A DNA stretch of 64,000 nt, taken from an uncultured delta proteobacterium. Its GTDB lineage: Bacteria; Myxococcota_A; Polyangia; Polyangiales; Polyangiaceae. Within the stretch, counting starts at the first letter, position 1, and each line of letters opens with the position of its first letter. Below are positions 30,741-40,442 of this stretch, in pieces. Below the pieces are notes generated by a model that did not search any database, was not told the origin of the DNA, and worked only from the letters and a program-made list of their open reading frames with translations. The DNA lies in assembly GCA_963850305.1 (NCBI GenBank), contig CAWKKR010000007.1:992001-1056000 (forward strand). Direction: 5' to 3'. The translations under genes were made by a program, and so were the position numbers.

Positions 30741-32167
30741 CGGACGTCGCGCCGGCCCGTGAGCGCACGCTCGACGAACTGACGCTGGGCTCGTCGGTAT
30801 CGCTGGAAGAGCTCGTCGATCGAAGCGCCCTGAGCGAGATGGCGACGAGCTTTCACGGGCTATTCGGTGTGCCGCTGCGCATCTTCAGCGAAGCCGGGGT
30901 GCTCCTCGCCGACGCGAGCATCCAACCGGAGGCGTACGAATACCTCATCGAGAATCACAGGCGGGCGAAGGCGGCGCTCCAGGAGGTTGTCGCCGCCGTG
31001 AAGCGTGTCGATGCGGGAGCAAATGGAGAAGCCTCCTACACGTGCTTCACGGGCGCCGTGTATCACGTGGTGTCGATTCGTTACGACAATCGCCCCCTCG
31101 GGCGCATGGTCCTGGGTCCCTTTCTGCCGCCGTCGATTCGCGACGTGCCGCCGACACTGCTCGCGGTCGAACCGGATGTGGACGTCGCGAAAGTGAAGGA
31201 GCTTCTCACCAAGATGCCGCGCGCGCGCGAAGAAACGGTGCGCCAGATCGCGCGCCACGTGCGCGGGACGCTCGATCTCATCTTGTTCAGTGGGCACAAG
31301 GCGCTCCTGACGAGCAGCATGCATCTCGCGTCCGTCCGCGAGAGCTTCCGCGATCTTCAAGAGAAGAACACGAACCTGCAGGAAGCGTACGACAGGCTGA
31401 AGGAGCTCGATCGGCTGAAGAGTAACTTTCTGGCGACGGTGTCGCACGAGCTTCGGACACCCCTCACGTCGATCATCGGTTACAGCGAAATGCTGGCCGA
31501 GGGGATCGCCGGGGAGATGTCCGCAGAGCAGCGCGACTTCGTTCGTACAATCCACGAGAAGGGCGAGCAGCTCCTCGAGCTCATCACGGGTCTGCTCGAC
31601 CTGTCGAAGCTCGAGAGCGGCACGCTCGCCATGCGCAAGATGGAGGTTGCCGTGGAGCAGATCGTCATCGACGTCATTCAGACCGTCTCTCCGACCGCGC
31701 GGAAGCGCAACGTCCAGGTCAAAGGAGACTTCGGCGAAGCGCTGCCCAAGCTTTGGGCCGATCCAACGCGGCTCCGGCAGATCATCCTCAATCTCACGGA
31801 CAACGCGTTGAAGTTCACTCGCGAGGGTGGCGTAGTCGTCATCGGCGTGAAGGCGACCTCGATCGATGTGCAGCCGCCCGACGATGAAGGCGGTCTGGTC
31901 TTGCTCCGGACGAAGCAGCCAGCCGTAGAAATCCGGGTCAGCGACAACGGGATCGGCATACCGGACGCCGAGAAACAAAAAGTCTTCGACGCATTTTACC
32001 AGGTCGATTCGAGCTCGACGCGGCAGGTCGGTGGGACCGGACTCGGCCTCTCCATCGTGAAGCGGCTCGTGCAAGGGCACGATGGTCGAGTCCACATCGA
32101 GGACAACAAGCCTCAAGGCACGACGTTCGTCGTGACCCTGCCGTGCCGTCGCAGCACCCTGTCGTGA
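30737..32167 (+). CDS. Histidine kinase with PocR-like N-terminal sensor
   Basis: YTCFTGAVYHVVSIRYDNRPLGRMVLGPF; FLATVSHELRTPL; GGTGLGL. Confidence 0.88.
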   Translation: MTDVAPARERTLDELTLGSSVSLEELVDRSALSEMATSFHGLFGVPLRIFSEAGVLLADASIQPEAYEYLIENHRRAKAALQEVVAAVKRVDAGANGEASYTCFTGAVYHVVSIRYDNRPLGRMVLGPFLPPSIRDVPPTLLAVEPDVDVAKVKELLTKMPRAREETVRQIARHVRGTLDLILFSGHKALLTSSMHLASVRESFRDLQEKNTNLQEAYDRLKELDRLKSNFLATVSHELRTPLTSIIGYSEMLAEGIAGEMSAEQRDFVRTIHEKGEQLLELITGLLDLSKLESGTLAMRKMEVAVEQIVIDVIQTVSPTARKRNVQVKGDFGEALPKLWADPTRLRQIILNLTDNALKFTREGGVVVIGVKATSIDVQPPDDEGGLVLLRTKQPAVEIRVSDNGIGIPDAEKQKVFDAFYQVDSSSTRQVGGTGLGLSIVKRLVQGHDGRVHIEDNKPQGTTFVVTLPCRRSTLS

Positions 32168-33159
32168 AGCGTTCGCGGAAGCGGTCGGAGCTCCCTCCCG
32201 AAGATCGGCTGGTCGAACATCTCGCGCGTTCTTTCGGTTCGGCGTGCGCTCACGAAGGGGTTCTGGTCGGTATTGGCGACGATGCTGCCGTTCTTCGCCA
32301 CGGGAAGGGCCGGCTCGTCTGGACAATCGACACGTCTGTCGAGGGGGTGCATTTCGAACGAAGATGGTTGTCGCTCGCGGAAGTCGGCGCCCGTTCGTTT
32401 CACGCCGCGGTGAGCGACGTAGCTGCGATGGGGGCGCGCCCGATCGCGGCGCTATCCAACGTCGCCGTTCCGGCCGCGCTCGGCGAGCGCGCGATCCGCG
32501 CCATAGCGTCAGGGCAGACGAGGGCATCGAGGGAGCTTGCGTGTCCGGTCGTCGGTGGCAATTCGTGTCGTGCGCGAGAGATCAGCGTCACCACGACGGT
32601 TCTCGGCGAGGTGGCGAAGGCCTTGACGCGCGATGGAGCTCGGGCCGGTGACGATATCTGGCTCCATGGCGACGTCGGGCTCGCCGCGGCGGGTTTGCTC
32701 TGTTTACGGGAACCGGCGCGTGTGGCTGAGATGGGCCGAGCGTCGCGACGAGCCGTCGCGGCTTGCATCCATGCCTGGCGGCGACCTCAGGCGCTCCTGG
32801 CAGAAGGCCGCGCGCTCCGCGGCCGCGCGCACGCCCTCATCGACGTCTCGGACGGACTCGCGACGGACGCGGCGCGCATCGGTCGCGCAAGCGACGTCCG
32901 CATCGTACTTGAAGAGACCCTGATTCGTGCCGTACTGCGCCCCGAGCTGATTGCCGTCTCCGACCTGCTGGGAGTCGATGCCCTCACGCTCGCGCTGGCG
33001 GGGGGTGAAGACTACGCACTCATTGCGACCGGTCGCACCAAACCGCTCGCTGGTTTTGCCAGGCGCATCGGGCGTATCGAGAAAGGGCGCGGGCTACGTC
33101 TCGAAATGTCCGGCGGCCGCACGCGACCCGTGCCGCGCGGCTTCGACCACTTCGATTGA
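32164..33159 (+). CDS. thiL: Thiamine-monophosphate kinase
   Basis: GIGDDAAV, EGVHF, SDVAAMGA, IDVSDGL, GGEDY, GFDHF. Confidence 0.95.
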   Translation: MKRSRKRSELPPEDRLVEHLARSFGSACAHEGVLVGIGDDAAVLRHGKGRLVWTIDTSVEGVHFERRWLSLAEVGARSFHAAVSDVAAMGARPIAALSNVAVPAALGERAIRAIASGQTRASRELACPVVGGNSCRAREISVTTTVLGEVAKALTRDGARAGDDIWLHGDVGLAAAGLLCLREPARVAEMGRASRRAVAACIHAWRRPQALLAEGRALRGRAHALIDVSDGLATDAARIGRASDVRIVLEETLIRAVLRPELIAVSDLLGVDALTLALAGGEDYALIATGRTKPLAGFARRIGRIEKGRGLRLEMSGGRTRPVPRGFDHFD

Positions 33160-33177
33160 CGCAGAGCGCCCGCCGAC

Positions 33178-33422
33178 GCTGATGGCGAAGACCGCGGGGT
33201 CAGATCGGCGGGCAAGGCGCGGAGGCGTACGAAGGTACGCCGAGCACCGAGAGCGTCGAGATGGCCCCGTGCTCGAAGCCAGGGGGGAGACGGAGTCAGC
33301 GAAGTGCTGATGGCGAAGACCGCGGGGTCAGATCGGCGGGTAAGGCGCGGAGGCGTACGAAGGTACGCCGAGCACCGAGAGCGTCGAGATGGCCCCGTGC
33401 TCGAAGCCATCAGCACTTCGCT
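33178..33422. repeat. Tandem pair of ~104-bp MITE/REP-like structured repeats; second copy has 17-bp terminal inverted repeats
   Basis: 33178-33281 vs 33306-33409, 1 mismatch; AGCGAAGTGCTGATGGC (33298-33314) / GCCATCAGCACTTCGCT (33406-33422); internal GGCGTAC-GAAG-GTACGCC hairpin. Confidence 0.85.
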
Positions 33423-36400
33423 CAGGAGCAGCCCATGGAGTTGCCGCAGTTCAGACACTTGTAGCAGGCGCCGTTCCGAACCGTGATGTGCCCGCATCCG
33501 TCGCAAACCGGAGCATCGCCCATCATCTCCTCGAGTTGTGCGTCGAGCGCACCGCGCTGGCTCCCGGCGCTGGTCGTCGAAGACGCTTTTTCCTGGAGTC
33601 GGGGCGCCTCAACGGTTCCCGCGGGCTCCTGGAAGCGTGGGGTCATCGGATCATCGATGGCAGCCGTGGGGGCCAAGCTAAAGCTCGTCCCCGTCGATTC
33701 CGCGGGCTGAACCTGTGCGAAGTCGTATCGCTTCAGATATTCGACGCCCAGGACCCGGAAGATGTAATCGACGATGGACGTCGCGAACTTCAGATTCGGA
33801 TGCCCCTCGACCACGCCGTGCGGCTCGAAGCGAGTGAACGTGTATTGCTCGACGTACGTCTCGAGCGGTACGCCGTACTGAAGCCCGATGGATACGGCCA
33901 TGGCGAAACAGTTCATCAGAGAACGAAACGCCGCGCCTTCCTTGTGCATGTCGATGAAGATCTCGCCGAGAGCACCGTCATCGTATTCGCCGGTGCGCAA
34001 GAACACCTTGTGTCCCCCGACACGCGCCTCTTGGGTGAAACCGCGCCGCTTCGTGGGCAATCGAACCCGCCCGCCAGCGGGACGCGCCGAGGTCGCGAGA
34101 GCGGCGCTCGTCCGCGCGGAAGCCTGGCCTTCCTCGGGAGTGGCACTGTCGCCGCTCGACGTGCTGAGCGGCTGTGAAGCCTTGCACCCATCACGGTAGA
34201 GCGCGACGGCCTTCAACCCGAGCCGCCAACCCTCTTCGTAAATCTGGCGGACGTCGTCGGTCGTCGCCTCGTTTGGCAGGTTTACGGTCTTGCTGATGGC
34301 ACCGGAGAGAAACGGCTGCGCAGCGGCCATCATCCGAATGTGGGCCATTGGTGCCAGGAACCGCTTGCCCGTGCGACCGCAGCGGTTCGCGCAATCGAAC
34401 ACGGCTTGGTGATCGTCTCGCAGGTAGGGCGCGCCCTCAATCGTCATGCGACCGATGATCACGTCATTCGCTTCCTCGATCTGAGTTGCCGGGAACCCGA
34501 GGTGCTTCAGGAGCGAGAACCCCGGCTTGGACATCGACGTGGCGCTCACGCCGAGGCGTTCGTACGTTTCTTTGCCGAGCACCCATGGTGCAAACGCGAG
34601 GTGCAAGTCGAACACGCCAGGAATGGCGTCTTCCACCTTTTCGAGATCGTCTTCAGTGAGGCCGGCGGCCTTCAAGGTTCCGCGGTTCACGTGCGGCGCG
34701 CCGAGAAGCGTGTTCGTTCCCGACACGTATGCGACGATCTCTTGCACTTCGGCTTCCGAGTAGCCGAGCTTGCTGAGTGCGTTGGGTACGGACTGATTGA
34801 CGATCTTGAAGTAACCCCCGCCCGCGAGTTTCTTGAATTTTACGAGCGCGAAGTCAGGCTCGATGCCCGTGGTGTCGCAGTCCATCAGGAGGCCAATCGT
34901 GCCAGTCGGCGCGAGGACGGTTGCCTGCGCATTGCGGAAACCGTGGGCCTCGCCCAGGTGGACGACATCGTTCCAATCTTCCACTGCGGCGCGCCACAGT
35001 GCGTCCGGACAGGCGTCTCGATGAATGGCGTACGCCGCTTCCTGGTGCATTCGCATCACGCGAAGCATGGGCTCGCGATTTTTTGCGTAGCCCTCGAACG
35101 GGCCCTTCGATGCGGCAATGAGCGCACTCGTACGGTAGGCGTGCCCGCACAGGATCGCCGTCAAAGCACCGGCGACGGCGCGCCCTTTTTCCGAGTCGTA
35201 CGGAATGCCGAGCAACATGAGCAGTGTTCCGAGGTTCGCGTAGCCGAGTCCGAGCGGACGGTAGTCGTGCGAGTTCTTGGCGATGGGCTGCGTCGGGTAA
35301 GCCGAAAGGTCCACCAAGATCTCCTGGGCCAGGAAGAACACCGCGACTGCGTGACGGTACCCCTCGACGTCGAAAACGCCGTCCGCGCTCAGGAACTTCG
35401 TCAAGTTCAGCGATGCGAGGTTGCACGCTGAGTTGTCGAGGAACATGTACTCGGAGCAAGGATTCGACGCGTTGATGCGCGCGGTGTTCGGGCACGTGTG
35501 CCACCGATTGATCGTCGTGTCGTATTGAAGACCGGGGTCTGCACAGCGCCACGCCGCGTCCGCAATCATGTTCCAGAGATCGCTCGCGTTGTACGTGTCG
35601 ATGACTTCACCCGTCGTGCGCGCGCGTGTCTCCCACTGGCCGCCCGCGAGAGCGAGTTTCATGAAGTCGTCCGTCACTCGAATCGAGTTGTTCGAGTTCT
35701 GGCCGCTGACGGTCTTGTAAGCGTCGCCGTTGAAGTCCGCGTCCATCCCCGAGTCGATCAGGATCTGCGCCTTGCGTTCCTCGCGCACCTTCCACTGGAT
35801 GAAGTCCGCGATCTCGGGATGATCCATGTCCAGGCAGACCATCTTGGCGGCGCGCCGCGTGGTGCCGCCACTCTTCGTCGAACCCGCGGCGCGGTCGAAC
35901 ACCTCGAGGAAGCTCATGAGTCCGCTCGAGGTCCCTCCACCTGAAAGCTTCTCTTGTCGCCCGCGGATGCAGCTGAAGTTCGTCCCAGTGCCCGACCCGT
36001 ACTTGAAGAGGCGCGCCTCGGCCTTCATGAGGTCGTAAATCGACATCAAGTCGTCTTTTGCTTCCTGGATGAAGCATGCCGAGCACTGCGGACGAGCATA
36101 GGCGTTCGCCGTTTCCGTTATCTGGTCGGTCGATGGGCTCCAGGCCCAGTTGCCTCCGGAGCCCTCGATGCCGTACTCGTGGAAGAGTCCGCAGTTGAAC
36201 CATACGGGGGAGTTGAATGCCCCGAACTGGTTTACGAGGAGATAGGAGAGCTCGTCTTCGAACGCGTCGGCGTCTTTCTTCGTCGCGAAGTATCCGCCGA
36301 ACTGCTCGCCCGCCGTACGAATCGTGTGTGCGATGCGCGTCACGACCTGGCGCACGCTCGTCTCGCCCTTCTTGGGATCGCCGTTTATCCCGGCCTTCCT

Positions 36401-36691
36401 GAAATACTTCGAGACGACGATGTCGGTCGCCAGCTGGGACCATCCGGAAGGGATCTCTGCTCCCTCCATCTTGAAGACGACCGAGCCATCGGGATTGTTG
36501 ATGACGCTGCGGCGGCGCTCCCAGACGACCTCGTCGAGCGGTGCAACCCCGGCGGTGCTGTAGCGACGGTCGACGACGATGCCTTTGCGCTTCTTAGCGC
36601 GCTGTTTGGCATCTGCTCCGGTGGCCTGAGACGCTTGTCCCTGAGCACTCTTCATCGATCTGACCTGCCCCACGATCTCTGATTGCGCCAT
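33422..36691 (-). CDS. nrdJ: Class II (B12-dependent) ribonucleotide reductase
   Basis: [33 protein letters not shown]-terminal TSCPD-like domain and CxxC..CxxC ribbon. Confidence 0.97.
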   Translation of the reverse strand: MAQSEIVGQVRSMKSAQGQASQATGADAKQRAKKRKGIVVDRRYSTAGVAPLDEVVWERRRSVINNPDGSVVFKMEGAEIPSGWSQLATDIVVSKYFRKAGINGDPKKGETSVRQVVTRIAHTIRTAGEQFGGYFATKKDADAFEDELSYLLVNQFGAFNSPVWFNCGLFHEYGIEGSGGNWAWSPSTDQITETANAYARPQCSACFIQEAKDDLMSIYDLMKAEARLFKYGSGTGTNFSCIRGRQEKLSGGGTSSGLMSFLEVFDRAAGSTKSGGTTRRAAKMVCLDMDHPEIADFIQWKVREERKAQILIDSGMDADFNGDAYKTVSGQNSNNSIRVTDDFMKLALAGGQWETRARTTGEVIDTYNASDLWNMIADAAWRCADPGLQYDTTINRWHTCPNTARINASNPCSEYMFLDNSACNLASLNLTKFLSADGVFDVEGYRHAVAVFFLAQEILVDLSAYPTQPIAKNSHDYRPLGLGYANLGTLLMLLGIPYDSEKGRAVAGALTAILCGHAYRTSALIAASKGPFEGYAKNREPMLRVMRMHQEAAYAIHRDACPDALWRAAVEDWNDVVHLGEAHGFRNAQATVLAPTGTIGLLMDCDTTGIEPDFALVKFKKLAGGGYFKIVNQSVPNALSKLGYSEAEVQEIVAYVSGTNTLLGAPHVNRGTLKAAGLTEDDLEKVEDAIPGVFDLHLAFAPWVLGKETYERLGVSATSMSKPGFSLLKHLGFPATQIEEANDVIIGRMTIEGAPYLRDDHQAVFDCANRCGRTGKRFLAPMAHIRMMAAAQPFLSGAISKTVNLPNEATTDDVRQIYEEGWRLGLKAVALYRDGCKASQPLSTSSGDSATPEEGQASARTSAALATSARPAGGRVRLPTKRRGFTQEARVGGHKVFLRTGEYDDGALGEIFIDMHKEGAAFRSLMNCFAMAVSIGLQYGVPLETYVEQYTFTRFEPHGVVEGHPNLKFATSIVDYIFRVLGVEYLKRYDFAQVQPAESTGTSFSLAPTAAIDDPMTPRFQEPAGTVEAPRLQEKASSTTSAGSQRGALDAQLEEMMGDAPVCDGCGHITVRNGACYKCLNCGNSMGCS

Positions 36692-36974
36692 TTTTCCTGC
36701 CTCCGTCCACAAAAGTGGGGACACACTTCCCCGCTGGAACCCGACGGCCACGCCGCCCTCCGTACACACACCTGGGTCGTTTGGCTGGTCGTGAGACCCG
36801 CCCTGCTTCTTTGCCCGGTGGATGGGGCGCCAAACGGCGCTCCACCTTCGAGACCTGGACTACCCGCGAACTACCCTGACCGACGACTCCGCTTTCTCTG
36901 TCGCGCAGTGATTTCCGATTAACGAAGTGACCTGCTTCGATGATCAGGCGTCAACCGAGCGAGCTGCCTTCGTA

Positions 36975-37021
36975 CCCCAACTTATTGGGCGGCGACAAGA
37001 AAAAACCACTACAGATAGGGA
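36975..37021. promoter_or_regulatory. Tandem NrdR boxes
   Basis: CCCCAACTTATTGGGC (36975-36990) and CCACTACAGATAGGGA (37006-37021), 31 bp apart; fit acaCwAtATaTwGtg. Confidence 0.75.
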
Positions 37022-37272
37022 AGTCCTCACAAACACTGAACAATCCTGCACCGTCTCCACAGGGTCTTCGGCGGCGCCTCGAGCTGAACGCAAGCTCTCC
37101 CCCGAGAGCCCTCAATCTCTCCCGCGGGTAGCCACGGTTTATCCCCAGGAAGCGAGCGTTTCGACCCGCCGCCGGGTGCGAGGGCATAGGAAAGGGGGCC
37201 TTGGCTGCCTTGCCCCCGCGGCTCGCTTCGCGACCGCTCCCCCGCCGCCTTCGGCGCGCTCGCTGCGCTCGC

Positions 37273-37329
37273 GTAGTTCCGCGGCTCTTTGATCCCTCGG
37301 GGACGACGTGCTCGTCGATGCGGAACTAC
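37273..37329. repeat. GTAG-bounded REP-like inverted repeat forming the IS110 target flank
   Basis: GTAGTTCCGC (37273-37282) / GCGGAACTAC (37320-37329), with internal GACGTGCTCGTC hairpin. Confidence 0.65.
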
Positions 37330-37338
37330 TAGGAAGCT

Positions 37339-38571
37339 CTACGCCGCATGAGGTTTGATCTCGACTTCGCAGCCGAGGTCGGTCAAGCGGCGGACGAGGC
37401 GTTTGATGGTCTTGCTCTGGTCGCGGCGGTCGAAGTGATGGGGTCCGAGGTCGCGGTAGGGAGTGCCGTCGCGGAGCATGTAGAAGGCGGCGGTGAGCAT
37501 CGATGCGGCGACGGCCAAGATCGCCTTCTTTGCTCCACGGCGGGACTTGAGCCGGAGAAACTGGGCTCGAAGGTAGCTTTCCTTCGTGCGCACCGCGGCC
37601 CAGGCGGATGTGACGAGCGTCGTCTTGAGCCAGTTGGCGCTCTTGCGGACGCGCGTCGAGCGACGCTTGCCGGCGCTCTCGTCGTTGCGGGGGCAGAGGC
37701 CGGCCCAGGACACGAGGTGTCCCGCAGACGGGAAGCGCGACATGTCGACGCCGATCTCCGCCACGATCACGTTCGCGACGATGTCACTCACTCCCGGCAT
37801 CGTCGTCAGGATCTCGGCGTGCGCCCGGATCGGCTCCAGCGCTTTTCCCGCAGCTGCATCGATCTCGGCCAGGGCCCCTTCGAGCGAGCCGATGACGCCG
37901 AGATGCAGCTTCAGCATGGCTCGGTGATGAGGGGTAACCCGCCCGCGCAGCGCTTCGATCAAGTCGGCCCTCTTCTTGCGCGCGGTACCGACCGCGAGAT
38001 CGGCAAGGCGCTCGGGGTCATCTTCTCCGGCGATGAGAGCGGCGAGCATCGCCCGGCCGCTGGTCCCGAGCACGCTGGACAGGACGCTCGCGACCTTGAT
38101 GTTCGAGTCCTCGAGCGTTTTCTGTATGCGCAGCGTGTGCTGGGCGATTTCTCGCACGAGCTGCTTGCGCGTTCGAGTGAGATCGCGCAGCTCCTGGATT
38201 CGCGCAGGAGGCACGAAACTGCTGCGGATCAGCCCGTGCGCGAGCAGATCGGCGATCCACGTCGCGTCGTTCACGTCGGTCTTGCGCCCTGGCACGTTGC
38301 GAATGTGCTGGGCGTTCGCGAGCACGAGTTCGAAGCTCCCTTCGAGCATGTGCCAGACCGGCTTCCAGTACACGCCGGTGGCCTCCATCGCCACGTGGGT
38401 CACGCCGTGCTCCTCGAGCCATTCCGCCAGCTCGAAGAGGCTACGTGTGGTCGTGCCGAACGTTCGGACCTCGCGCCGCGTTGGTTCGCTGACGCAGCGC
38501 ACGCAGGCAACGACGCTATCCTTGTGGACGTCGAGGCCCGCGCAACGGGGATACATGACTTCCATGACCAT
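37339..38571 (-). CDS. IS110 family DEDD recombinase/transposase
   Basis: GLDVHKD, MEATGVYW, KTDVNDA (DEDD RuvC-like) and ESAGK serine motif; RBS AGGAGG. Confidence 0.97.
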   Translation of the reverse strand: MVMEVMYPRCAGLDVHKDSVVACVRCVSEPTRREVRTFGTTTRSLFELAEWLEEHGVTHVAMEATGVYWKPVWHMLEGSFELVLANAQHIRNVPGRKTDVNDATWIADLLAHGLIRSSFVPPARIQELRDLTRTRKQLVREIAQHTLRIQKTLEDSNIKVASVLSSVLGTSGRAMLAALIAGEDDPERLADLAVGTARKKRADLIEALRGRVTPHHRAMLKLHLGVIGSLEGALAEIDAAAGKALEPIRAHAEILTTMPGVSDIVANVIVAEIGVDMSRFPSAGHLVSWAGLCPRNDESAGKRRSTRVRKSANWLKTTLVTSAWAAVRTKESYLRAQFLRLKSRRGAKKAILAVAASMLTAAFYMLRDGTPYRDLGPHHFDRRDQSKTIKRLVRRLTDLGCEVEIKPHAA

Positions 38572-38582
38572 CTCCTCCTTTC

Positions 38583-38737
38583 GGCGCGTCGAGAGGAGCC
38601 CTCGTCATCGAAGTCTACTAGGCGTGCTCCCGGATCTTTCGACCCGCGGTCACAATTCGGGGTGCTCGCAGGGCTCCGGGTCCATCTACTGAACGGGTTC
38701 TTGGCACCAAGTCACGGCCGACCTCGTTCCCGACGCC
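38583..38737 (-). ncRNA. Putative IS110 bridge/seek RNA
   Basis: Closing stem GGCGTCGGG/CTCGACGC; stem GGAGCCCT/AGGGCTCC; two parallel loops with TCAGTAG (target) and CCTAGTAGA (circle junction); TATCCT -10 candidate at 38743-38748. Confidence 0.75.
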
Positions 38738-38837
38738 GCGGCAGGATACACTCGACTCCACCGTCCACGCGACGACCCGAGCTTCATGCTTCGGGGAAGG
38801 CGCTCTCGCCGATGGGCATCTACTGAGCCTGCCGAGA

Positions 38838-40442
38838 TCAGGTGCCTTCGACGCGCGGGAGCTCGATGGCGGCTGTCGGATCCTGGGGGATGGTGGTTTT
38901 CGTGACGAACTCGTGTTCGGCGTCGACGATCTTGACCGTGCCGAAATGGCTGAGGGGCTTCCCGAGCCGTGCAGCGTCGCCTGCGACGACGATGAGCGCT
39001 TGGTTCTGTTTGAAATACTGACTCGAAAATTCGAAGACGTTGTTCTTCGTGATGCCGCGAACCGCCTCGCGGTACGTGTCGTAGTAATCGACCGGTAAGT
39101 CGAACACGCCCAGATCGCTCGTGAGGCTCGCGATCGAGGACACCGTGTCGACGCCGACGAGGAACACGTCCGACAGATAGTGCGTCGCGATCTCGACCTC
39201 GTCGTCCGTCGGCGGCGCCTTGCCGATCGCGTCGAAGTGAGAAAGGAGCGCGTCGAGAGTGAGCCCGGCCTTGGCCGTCTGCGTCCCTGCGGACAGGACG
39301 ATCGGCACGGGCCCGTGAGCGAGCGGTTCGACCGTCGAGCGTGTGCTGTACGCGAGCGATTGCTTCTCACGCACATCGAGGAACAAGCGTCCCGCAACGC
39401 CGCCGCCGAGGATCTGGTTCGTCACGCGAAGAGCGGGCCATTCGGGGCTTTTCCGCTCGGGCCCAAGTGTCGCGACGAAGACGTCCGCCTGCGGACTCGC
39501 CGGTCTATCGACGAGGAAAACCACGGGCGCGGGCGGGCGCGGGAGCGGAGGTGCAAAAACCGGCGCGTCGGGCGCATCGCCGGACCACGTCCCGAAGGCG
39601 CGCTTGGCTTCGTCGCTGGCCGTCTTCTCATCCACGTCACCGGCGAGGACGAGGAATGCGTTCTTGGCGGTGAACTGGCGCTTGTGCCAGTCCTTGCAGT
39701 CGGCGAGACGTATCCCATCAATCTCCTTCGCCGTCGCGTCGTACCGCGAGTAGGGGTGCACGCTCGTGGGCAGGTCGAAAAGTTCGCGGTAAAGCACCAT
39801 CGACGCGACCCAGCCCCCGCTGGTGCGGGCGAGGCTCGAGACGCGGTCCATTTCGCGCCGCTTCAGCTTCTGGAATTCGCCGAAGTCGAACCGTGGCTTC
39901 AGCGCGACCGCCGCGAGGATGTCCATCGCTTCCGGGAAGTGGTCCTTCGTGACCGCCATCGTGATGCGTGTGGAGTCGCGATCCGTCGTGACGTCGAGAT
40001 CCGACCCGAGCGACTCGGCCGCGTCGAGGAGCGCACGACTCGGCCACTTGCCGGCACCACCGGCCTTGAGCAACTCGCCCGCGACCGCCGCGAGTCCTGG
40101 CTTCGAACCGTCCGTCGCCGAGCCGCTCCTCACCACCAGCTCGAGCTGTACGAGCGGTAGAGCGTGTCGCTCCACGATTCGCACGAGAAGTCCCTTGTCC
40201 AGGGTCACGTCCTTCACGGCCGGGAACTTCCAGTCGGGGGTCACACCCGGCGGGGGAACGGTGGCGAGCGGATCGGGCGCCGTCGCCGTCGGTGCGACCG
40301 GAGGGACCGCGCTTGCCACCGGCGGGGAAGCAGGTGTCGGCGGCGCTGCCGGCGGCCGCGAGGGCGCTGCCGAACAGCCCGTGAGCATCAACGTTGCGGC
40401 GACCCGTCGAAAGGTCGAGGCGGTCGTGGGCCAGCGTCTCAT
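38838..40442 (-). CDS. M16 family peptidase, non-catalytic subunit (lipoprotein)
   Basis: M16 fold without HxxEH; RLFLDVREKQSLAYS; lipobox LTGC. Confidence 0.9.
   Translation of the reverse strand: MRRWPTTASTFRRVAATLMLTGCSAAPSRPPAAPPTPASPPVASAVPPVAPTATAPDPLATVPPPGVTPDWKFPAVKDVTLDKGLLVRIVERHALPLVQLELVVRSGSATDGSKPGLAAVAGELLKAGGAGKWPSRALLDAAESLGSDLDVTTDRDSTRITMAVTKDHFPEAMDILAAVALKPRFDFGEFQKLKRREMDRVSSLARTSGGWVASMVLYRELFDLPTSVHPYSRYDATAKEIDGIRLADCKDWHKRQFTAKNAFLVLAGDVDEKTASDEAKRAFGTWSGDAPDAPVFAPPLPRPPAPVVFLVDRPASPQADVFVATLGPERKSPEWPALRVTNQILGGGVAGRLFLDVREKQSLAYSTRSTVEPLAHGPVPIVLSAGTQTAKAGLTLDALLSHFDAIGKAPPTDDEVEIATHYLSDVFLVGVDTVSSIASLTSDLGVFDLPVDYYDTYREAVRGITKNNVFEFSSQYFKQNQALIVVAGDAARLGKPLSHFGTVKIVDAEHEFVTKTTIPQDPTAAIELPRVEGT

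Larger units (their letters stand above)
37326..38824 (-). mobile_element. Complete IS110-family element (~1.5 kb), core CTACT at both junctions, no terminal inverted repeats
   Basis: CTACT at 37326-37330 and 38820-38824; 8-bp right end after the stop; ~250-bp upstream non-coding end. Confidence 0.88.

Noticed and set aside
33178..33422. CRISPR or tRNA-like gene
   Set aside because: Only two long copies; no spacers and no cloverleaf
33422..36691. Intein or intron in nrdJ
   Set aside because: Motifs are contiguous; no splice-junction or homing-endonuclease signatures
36692..36970. Cobalamin riboswitch before nrdJ
   Set aside because: No recognisable B12 box or conserved core
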